Shown here one piece after another: positions 50,942 to 60,366 of a stretch of 64,000 nt of DNA. The position numbers and the translations under genes were made by a program. The number at the start of each line of letters is the position of its first letter. Positions within the stretch are counted from its first letter, which is position 1. The notes below the pieces were generated by a model. It made no database searches, had not been told where the DNA came from, and worked only from the letters and a program-made list of their open reading frames with translations. Source of the DNA: Nitrospirales bacterium (GTDB taxonomy: Bacteria > Nitrospirota > Nitrospiria > Nitrospirales > UBA8639); the NCBI GenBank assembly GCA_965203295.1, contig CBDBCZ010000014.1, forward strand, positions 512,001 through 576,000. Direction: 5' to 3'.

Positions 50942-53514
50942 ATGCTGCCAAGAGATCTCGATAGGCTCAGTATATGTATAGCTTACAATCAATCAATCAA
51001 TCAAACTTTTTATTAAAGTGACATGCCCATTATAATACGAAATTATGTACATATAATGGTGCCCAGCCATGATATGGCTTATAAGTCACCATGGGTATGT
51101 GAATTCGTGACTTATACAAAGAGGAAGAACGTACTTTAAGCATTTTATACAAACATTTAGCAATTAAGTTCTGACAACACGATTCATTTCTTAATACACA
51201 AGCATATTAAAAGGGTTAAGGTGTATGAATGACAGGTCCTTTTGAGTGATATAATATAGTACCTTTCATGTTCAAGTTTACATTATGTATGCATCGCAGG
51301 GCTCCTTATAGAGTATTTTTACTCCTGGAGGAAGTACAGTACGATATTGAAGCGGTTGGAGTTGGTACATGGCATAAAAAGAAGGTAATAGGGAGTGTAA
51401 AACCAATTCAAATATATGGTCCTAAGTTTAATATGTCCTGTAGCATGACTTGGCTAAAACAGCACTTCAGACGCCTAGAGTTGAAGAGGCGAACAACGGA
51501 TCCACCAGAGTTACATGTGCGCATGCTGATTAAGGTAAAGAACTACTTTGGCACACTGCATGGATGTGCTAGTATTGTACACTATTCATGATATTGTATT
51601 TTTGAATGTATAGAGTCTCCTGAGAACTTCAGATTCCTTGAGGGGCTACAGGGCGGCATGGAAGTTGTTGCGTGATAAATTCAAAGTCATCGTTCGCAGG
51701 TATAATGCTTTATGTACTTTGATGGTATAGTATACATTTTGTGTTTTGACAGCACTTTGACTCTTCCTTGAAGTGTATTGAAATGCTGTAAAACGTTCGT
51801 TAATAAAACGCTTGTTCCTCCACCATTATTGTCTATAGTATAGTTAAGATGCCCATCTCAGTACACCACAGACAGCCATGCACGTTGTTCCTTAATGCGG
51901 GATCAGCACTATATAAACACCATGATTATTAATCCACACAGAGAGACTGTACGAAGATTGTTAAAGGATTAAGATCCTGAAGGAGTGTCTCTTAGGAGAC
52001 AGCGAAAACTTAAGAGGAGGATCTATAGAAACAAAGTAATATTTTTTATGACTTTAGTTTCAAGGTTTTAGTATTAATTCCTAGCTCCTCCCGAACAGGG
52101 ACCAAACTATATATGGCACATCGATGGATATGATAAGCTGACACCTTTGGATTGACAATTCATGGTGCTATTGATGGGTATGTTAATGTAGTTAAGCATA
52201 CAACATGTAAATTACTATGAGTGTTTCTTTTATGCTATTAGATTTTCCAGACGACTTCTATGGCTAAAATTGGCGCCTACAAACAGCAACTCCAAAGTGA
52301 TTGCTCGCTATTACCTCGAATGTGTTGAGCAGATGGCAGGTGCAAATACTACCGTACATAATTATATGTACATGTTGTTTTAGGCATAGTAAACTGAAAG
52401 CCATGTAGGTGTTTCAATTGTGTTACACTGACGGATCACCAACTTTAGGATGCCCAGCTATTCTGAGGAGCGACTATGGTACCGAAAATGCGACTTTAGC
52501 TACAATTCATGTAACATTCAGGCTGCAACACTCAGACTCTTTAGCAGGAGAGAAAAGTTTCATGTATGGGAGTTCTAAATCAAACATAGTAAGTCATTCA
52601 TTAATGGACTTATAGCAATAGCTGACTGCATGGCATTTCAAACTCATTTATTCAGAAAATAGAGGAGTGGTGGTCTCAGTTGAAGAAATCTAAATCTCAT
52701 TGGTGGATTGATGTTTACAAGGTACATGTCTAATATAGGATTAATATTTACCTCGAATTTAAAACTGTATAATAATTATTGTAATGCACATGCAGGACCT
52801 TGTTGCCAACAGACTGTTTGATAGCAACTGTGACTTGCACAGGTAGAAAGTAATATGCATACAGTTAGTCATGTATATAAGTTACTGTTTCAGTAGCAGT
52901 AACTGACTGTATGTGTGCAATGCATGCGCATGTGCAGGTGACAAAATCATGCAAGTACACATGCACTCACACGATAATGATAGCACTTCAAAAATGAGTT
53001 AAATTTGTTATTGAACACAGTGTGATGAGGACTAAGACTACATGTAGTCATACTCTACAAGTGTTCTTGCTTTATACAGGCAGTGTCTTGCGTTTACATT
53101 TGCTGGTGTGCTGCAGAGTGAACTGGATGAGTTCATGAGAGACTGGAACACACACAAAATCAGGCACAATTCTTTGGCCGACTGTCCAAGTGGTATTCCT
53201 GACGACCTATATGATATGCCTGCACATGTTGGTGGGTAGCTGCATGTTCAGCCATGCTCTGTAACTATGGATATCACTATATAGTAATCATCTAATGTAC
53301 AGGTGCAGAAGACCACTTGAAGACAGTATATCACAACATCTGGGTTCGGGCAATGAGGGAAAAGTCACAATCATCCCCACCATTTTACCCACCCTCCTTT
53401 GAAACACTAGCCAGAGCTGCACTTTGGGATGGATTTCACATGCAGAGAGAAGATATTGATGCCACAAACCTTAAAGCTGTCTATGTATACTTAGCAAACA
53501 AACTCAGTCACTGA
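50942..53514 (+). pseudogene. Spliced DDE integrase-like transposase (Clr5-like HTH + integrase core), about 12 exons, inactivated
   Basis: Exons give LLIEYFYSWRKYSTILKRLELVHGIKRS, GYRAAWKLLR, ETVRRLLKD*DPEGV..RRIY, GPNYIWHIDGYDKL..IHGAIDG, FSRRLLWL, LRSDYGTEN, SNI|KIEEWWSQL, WNTHKIR..GIPDDLY. In-frame TAA at 51970 and a 1-nt deletion near 52146. The first exon (50942) is tentative. Confidence 0.9.
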
Positions 53515-53561
53515 GTCTGTGGATATCATACTCAAAAGAAAAACATCTAGACAATGACTCT

Positions 53562-53750
53562 GAGGACAACAAATGAATGGTATCATAAGTGAGGCTACAT
53601 GTATATAGCAGGGAGGGTAATGATAAGACCAACGGTTGTCAGGATGCTAGGCTACGAGGACAGCAAATGAATGGTATCATAAGTGAGGCTACATGTATAT
53701 AGCAGGGAGGGTAATGATAAGACCAACGGTTGTCAAGATGCTAGCCTACG
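53562..53750. repeat. 94-bp tandem duplication between the convergent stops
   Basis: gaggacaacaaatgaatggtatcataag.. at 53562 repeats at 53656. Confidence 0.92.
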
Positions 53751-56700
53751 TATCATACTCAGTCCAGTATTGCATCACCTGCATGTGGGAGGGTACGTGA
53801 TCCATTATTATGATTACACACAGCTACATGTAAGTTGACTATTTTACGTACAGTGGCAGAGGTTGCCCTGATGGAGTGCCTCTTAAGACAGGCCAAGATA
53901 ACGGAATGAAACATTTTCAACAACTTCATATCCTTCAGGCGTACAATTGCAGGATCCTGGATGGTCTGGAATTTTTCCAGTTGTTGTATACTCTCTTCAC
54001 AGTGCTCGTACTAATAGAGAAGCGTATATAGATAATGGCATGATTATTAAAAAACAATGAATCCCATACCAATGCAGCATCAACACGCTGGGGGTCATAG
54101 GCTTTCAGAGCAGTATAAACCTCCAGTGCTACCTGTGGAAGAAAAAATTATCCACTTGTACTGTATGGAAAAAGAACAACTTACGATTCCATAACTATAC
54201 ATGTCGTTCTTTGGACTGAACTTTGCTCCTTGAATCTCAGGTGGCATATATCCACTAGTACGGGCAATTAGTGGAGCAGTGACCAAAGTTTTCCCAGGCT
54301 GCGACTGTGGCATGTCAAGGGCAAAACCAAAGTCCCCCAACTTTGCCTTGTACCCATTCTGGTCCAGCAGTATGTTGAGGCTATTGATTGAAAAGGAGCA
54401 CATAACATAAAACAAGATGACAGGGTAGCAGGCTGCTTACGACTTCACATCCTGATGGACGAGGGGTGGGCTGCCTGCATGTAAGTAAGCAAGAGCTCGG
54501 CAAGTATCCATTAGGATAAGACCCCGCTGTTCCCACGACAGCAGCTTCGCACTGTTCATATTAAAAAAATTATGAAAGTTCAAAAGTTTAATGTGTGTTA
54601 GATTTCCCATTTACCTCATGGATATTATGGTACAGACTTCCCATTGGGAGGTACTCATATACCAGAGCTATCAGTGTGGTAGTGCAATAACCCATTAAGT
54701 CAACCAAGTTTGGATGACGGTACCTATATAATTTTTATTATGTTAAGCATGAAAAACGAATGTGTTCAATAACATGCATGCAATATGATAATTAGTACTA
54801 CGAATTCACTGACACCTACTTTGTGAGGGCGCTAAGCTCAGCCTCCAGTTGACTGCGGGCATCACTATACTTGAACTTTCGAATTGGCTTTGTTCTTCAC
54901 CACCAATAATGACTGCTTTCACTCCACTCTGTGCGAGACATAAAGGATTTCATTTACCACTTCATTTTCTACCAAACATGGCAATTATATACCTTGTTCA
55001 GAACTTTCACCGCCACAGAGGTTCCGCTATTGCGAAGATTTTTGCCCAAATAGACAGTCCCATATGCACCTGTTCCTATCAGGCGTCCAGAACTAAACTG
55101 GGCAGTGGCCTCCTCGAGCTCTTCTCTCCTGAACTGCATGGAAAGGCCTTGCTCTAGGTGAAGGAAAATGAAATAGATTTTCATTAGGGACCCAAAAGTT
55201 TTAGGCGGTGCACACATCAACGCTACCTCGAATTTCTCTTCGCCGTGTGAAGGATGTCTTTGCTTGGGAAAGGTCTACAAGAAAGTTAATACATGTACAT
55301 TTAGTACTACACTTGATACCTTCAATAATCAGGTATTTGATTGATCACATGCATGATAACACTTCAAATTTGCATACCAGCAGTTGGCTTGAGATGAACA
55401 GTAAAAATTTCACTCTTGCTCTCCAAGCCACACGTTGCTGTACACTTGTACAGCCCTGCTTTTCGCACATGTAACATAGGGGTGGAAGGGAACTGGTGAT
55501 CAGGGCGATCCATAATTACCCACTTGTATGTTGTTTTCTCATGGTGGGAAGACAAGCAGTAGAGAGGGTACACACTCTTCAAGGATGCCAATGTGATGTC
55601 TGGAGGACTTTTATATAGTAGCTGAAAGTCTGGTATTTAAAGATTAGGATATAATGATAAGGGATCTCAATCACATAATGCTCTTCAGATTATACATTCA
55701 TACCAGATGTGGATCCAATAACTTTCAAAGAGCCCCCAGTTCCAGGCTCTAGTATGGTCTGTTTCCCTGAGCATATAATAAGTATGTGCTGTGGCTTAAG
55801 GCACTTTGTGAGTTGACAAGGCATAGCCATGTTTTGAAAGCTTCAGTAAGTAGTTGCTAGCTAGCTACCACAGAACATGCACCCACTTGAGACACAGTAG
55901 AAGCACTAAAAAACATAGTAACTGCATGTTCTCAAGAACTTGAAAGCTCCTATATTTTTCCAAATACCGTATGTATAATATGCGCCTTCCCTCTCTCCCT
56001 TATTTTTGGATCATACTTCAATGATTGCAACATACCTTCTGGTGTGTGTCTGATGAGGCGCGAGACCTGAAATCCCTCATTCTCGGGAAGGAATGGCTCA
56101 GAGGAATCCATTTCCACTTCTGAATCTTTATCAACTTGCACATGTAGCCATGCAGCAGATCTTGAAAAATCATCTGGAAGGCTATCACTGCTATCGTCAC
56201 TCACACGACTATACCATACTGTAAAATCAAGTTAAATTATTGTGTCAATTAATTTCAAAAGAATGAATTGTATAAGCCCTGTACCTTCTGTGTCATCTGA
56301 GGCTTTGGACAGTTGAGCTCTGGATCCACTGGTACATCAACCATCATCTCCTAAACAGGGGCCTCAAAGTCAATATTCTCAGTAATCTAACTTATGCAAT
56401 CATATACAAGTCATACCTGATCACACTTCATGGTCTCGTCGACCACTGCCAATCCAAACTCAATCTTGCTGGCCTTCTTATGTCTCTGTCGCAAAAAAAA
56501 ACCCAAGTGTCCACGCAGTTTTATCTTTGAGCTGGGTTGGCAACAGAGCTCCGGATGCTGCACTGACAAGAGCAAACTTCTTTCCTTCAGGCTGGACAGT
56601 GCCTAGTGCATGGGCAGCCTTCATTGCTACTTGCATGGACATAACCATCCTGCTTATCCAGGCAAACTTCAACAGCAGCTGAATCTTTTACGAACTTTCC

Positions 56701-58596
56701 AGCATGAGTGACCATCATCTTGTACACATTCATCTGTAAAATATAAGGCTACCACAGAGTAATTACTGCCATTATTATTTGTCATTTAATTTATAATTAC
56801 CTGAACATGCACTGATACCCCAGTACCACTATGCTTCTGAGTATGCTTCTGTGCTGCACTCAACTTGCGCTTCTTGATGTTTCGTGCGATTGCCTGGCCT
56901 CGCTCAAGCAAACACATCACCAGAGCCTTCAGAAATACACATGCCACAGTGCAGACAGATAATTTGCAGCTCTACATATATACTGGCCAGCATTTTCCAA
57001 ACAGACACATACCACTTCCAGCAACTGCAACGCTGTCGGTCTCCACCGCCTTACGGCCTACCATGTACCAATACAGAAATATAATGCATGCACGTGCCAG
57101 TTATAATTGGCAATTTTACCTCCCTTCCGGCTTGATGTAGTTACGAAGCTGTCACTATCACTCTCGCTGTCACCTATACATTGAAAGTACAGATGGTCAA
57201 TACTGTGCTCGCGGCCATCTAATCTCTCAACAAAAGAGGCAGCACCATGCATGCACGTCGACCGTTTACTAACGGCCTATAGCGTTTTGCAGTCCAATAA
57301 ATCACAGTGCATAGCGTAATCTCTATCAGCTCCCTTGCTTTCACTAGCATACTGTCAGAAAGGTGTAGAAAATAGCTAGCAATCTTCTTGCCATCTTCTC
57401 TCTCATTCCCCGCGTAACAATTAACACGTGCAAGACGTGATTGCGCATGCGTTCGCGCAGAGGGTATTCATACTTATAATGACGACTGGCTCTTCTGGAA
57501 GCGTGTTCATCAGCTGCTCGGCCTAAAGAGTTTCATAATCAAATAAAATAAAAATAATAATCATGGCAATATAACACAGTAGCCACATACCTCTTCAGTA
57601 CAAATCTGGTGGATTTCCTGTAGCAACAATATAACAGCCTCAGGCACCAGTACATCCATAACATACGTGAACATCTGAATTAGAAAAAAATCATGCAGCA
57701 CATTCTAAGTGCATACCTAGTACCTAGTATAGTGGCAGGCTTGCTTCTCAATAACATGGGCCAGCTAGTGCTCGACATTGGAAATTAGATTACCTTCATG
57801 TCTGTACGACAAAACTTCCTCACTAGGAATTCGGGAATGATTTCTCGCTGTTGTGAGTTCAATCTTTGGTTCCACAATTGATACTTGAGAGTAGCTGTGA
57901 ACCACAAAATGCAGTAAAGTTGCTCTCCATCCAATGCCTACTAGTCTACCTAAAACTAATGGCTATTAGCTACCTCGCTTCTTAGGAGGTCCGTCCCTGA
58001 AAATATTATGTCTCCAGGAAGGTATCTGTTTCAGTATCATGCATGCAGGCAAACAAGAAATGTCAAACTGTATACACTACATGCTTTAGGTCCTACTGTT
58101 ACCTCTTCAGCACGCACACACTCTAGCCGTGGAAGTTTTGCTTCTAGCCAGGCTGTTAGTTCTTCTGGGGACACCTCTCCCACACATCTAAAGCCACACA
58201 TGCATGCACAAATATATAAAAAAAAAGTAGAATAGTGCACATGGGAACCCACGCACATTACATGCACAGTATAGCTATAGCTGCCAATAGCTATGTACGT
58301 ACACTCAACATACAGTATTATAGAAAATCCCACCCACTATAGATGTAGTCTGGATCAGACCCTCCATTCTCAAGGGAAAGCGTAGGACTGTTCCCTAATT
58401 TTCCTACGCTTTCCCTTGAGAGTGGAGGGTCTGATCCAGACTACTATAGATGAGCAGTTGGCTCACTTCATGCACACAGTAGTTTACGCAAAGAATACGG
58501 AAATATACAAAGATATTGCTACAGCGTCTCACCCAGAGCCTATATACAACTTCATATTTACAAAGTTTAACCTCACCCTAACCTTTTTTTATTCAT
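53746..58596 (-). pseudogene. Transposon cargo gene: PWWP3A-C-like domain + linker + Ig-like domain + IRAK/Pelle-like non-RD kinase (with lesions)
   Basis: Kinase exons: FRREELEEATAQFSSGRLIGTGAYGTVYLG..VAVKVL, ELSALTKYRHPNLVDLMGYC..LVYEYLPMGSL, LSWEQR..LAYLH..LVHQDVKSLNILLD..KLGDFG, GYMPPE..DMYSYGIVALEVYT; stop TAG at 53746. Ig-like exon 55380-55630. N-terminal exons 57.47-58.6 kb. Apparent lesions near 54890, 56337, 56493-56501 and 57411. Continuity as a single gene is inferred. Confidence 0.8.
58346..58443. mobile_element. 98-bp palindromic MITE with 9-bp TSD inside a cargo-gene intron
   Basis: TSD ctatagatg at 58337-58345 and 58444-58452. Arms tagtctggatcagaccctcca..cgtagga / tcctacg..tggagggtctgatccagacta. 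Confidence 0.9.
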
Positions 58597-58828
58597 TCTT
58601 AGCAACCTCAGCGAGCGCGTATGTGTAGTTGTACAACAGTTGGTTGTCAGCCTGCTGCAGATGCACGCGCACATCGGTCGATTATATTTATGGACAAAAA
58701 TCCAGTTCTGCGCAGTTGCCGCAACACTCCCGCCTATATATATATATATATACAGCGGAGAAGATTCCGCCAGGCGAGCGGACATTCCGCCTCTTCGGCG
58801 GCACCCAGTAGAGTTGATTCCGGTAGTC

Positions 58829-59040
58829 GGGCGGCGCTCCCGCTCGCATCGCGGAGTCCGCCTGACCGACGTTTATACCTACGCTAGCTGGGCGGCGCTC
58901 CCGCTCGCATCGCGGAGTCCGCCTGACCGACGTTTATACCTACGCTAGCTGAGCGGCGCTCCCGCTCGCATCGCGGAGTCCGCCTGACCGGCGTTTTTAC
59001 CTACGCTAGCTGGGCGGCGCTCCCGCTTGCGTCGCGGAGT
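58829..59040. repeat. 61-bp subterminal tandem repeat (~3.5 copies) at the right end of the transposon
   Basis: Unit gggcggcgctcccgctcgcatcgcggagtccgcctgaccgacgtttatacctacgctagct. Confidence 0.93.
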
Positions 59041-59489
59041 GTCTCCCAGGGCCACCGTACCAATTGCTTAACCCCCCCGCCGCCTACGCGCCGCGGGGTA
59101 ATTACATGGCCTCTTTGACTAACCTTTCAGAGAGCAAGACACTGCATGAGATAGTGCACCGAGCAGCTGGATAAGAAATGCACACAACAGCCAATAGAGC
59201 ACCATGCACCCATTTGATTGTGAAGTGCATTAAAAACTGCCGAATTGATAGCCTTGCACACATATTGTAGCCATATGTACTTTCTTGTCGTTTATAATAC
59301 TAAGAGTCCACATGAACAGAGAGCAGATTAACTGAAGCCAAGAGTTTTCAGGACAAACTACATGTATATAAAGCTAGCATATACCTGTACATGTAGCAAA
59401 AGTGACATACTGTTCATGCAAGTATAATGGCTGCCAAGTGGAGGCAGTGTACACTACAGCATTCCCAAGTCATTACATTGTGCTATTCA

Positions 59490-60366
59490 TACATGTACTC
59501 AGTCTTTTATTACTCCGCTCCTGGAAGCCATGCTGTATTTACTGTATTGACTGACAGATTCTTAGCAAATTCAATCCCCAAGTAACAATAACTTACAACC
59601 TCTGGAATGTCTTTTTCTCCCCACTTCCATGTACATGCACCTGTATTAACCTAACCTATTTAGAAAATACCATAACAGCACTCTTTTTATGTTAGATTTA
59701 AACCTCCATTTATTACAAAACCCCTGCACTACATTTTTCAAGGTTTGTAAGTCCTCAGCATTAGTAGTTAAGCCTACAAAATCATCAGCAAACATAAGAC
59801 CCCCAACCTTAACATCCTTCTTAACAGTAATGCCAATCCCAGCCTTTTACAACCTCATCTATAACAACTGATTAATGAAAATGAAAGAGGATAGGCATAA
59901 TTATCCCTGTGCCACCCCTGACCTATATTGAATTGCTCAGATATTTCTCCCTCCAGTAAAACAGCACTCTGTGTGATGTCATACATATTCTTAATAACTC
60001 TCCACATCCTACCCCTAACCCCAAGTTCCCATAACTTAAACCATAACCATCATGCCAAGCTGTGTCAAATGCTTTCTGAACATCAAAGAAAAAAGCATAA
60101 GTGTGCTTTTCTCCCCCTCATTCTACCTTGTACAATTTCATTTAGAGTAAAGATGTTATCAACACATCTCCTTTAATTAATTAACTCTCTAAATCCTGCC
60201 TGACCCTCATGAAGAGCCCTTTCTGCTTCTAATCTGCTTACTAAGTGATTATTTAGAATCTTGCAAAACAGCTTTCCTACCACATTCAATAGTGTAATGC
60301 CTCACCCGGGTCCTCAGCATCACCTTCTTACAACCTAACAATCAACCCTTGTCTCCATTGTTTAGG
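59490..60366 (-). mobile_element. Degraded LINE reverse transcriptase fragment
   Basis: IPKQWRQGLIV..GITLLNVVGKLFCKILNNHLVSRLEAERALHEGQAGFR, GVAQG, VGGLMFADDFVGL; frameshifted. Confidence 0.88.

Larger units (their letters stand above)
50719..59059 (+). mobile_element. IS3EU-like DNA transposon (8,341 bp) with kinase cargo
   Basis: 70-bp TIRs (50719-50788 vs 58990-59059; 6 mismatches by my count), ends TACGGTGGCC..GGCCACCGTA, TSD CCAATT at 50713-50718 and 59060-59065, internal DDE transposase. Confidence 0.92.
46605..59205 (-). pseudogene. Putative degraded secreted-protein gene whose first intron hosts the HINE and the IS3EU-like insertion
   Basis: Signal-peptide-like exon 59124-59205 (MVLYWLLCAFLIQLLGALSHAVSCSLK|gt). 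Exon-like segments near 50.0-50.19 kb (with stops), 49791-49888, 49424-49532 (YYGDLYTASSLALASGFSLANQPAIALRVFTNIKWG), 47760-47801 and 46605-46717. No family recognised. Confidence 0.35.

Noticed and set aside
58829..59040. CRISPR-like look of the GC-rich 61-bp repeats
   Set aside because: The units are contiguous with no unique spacers, no cas genes are present, and they are part of the transposon end.
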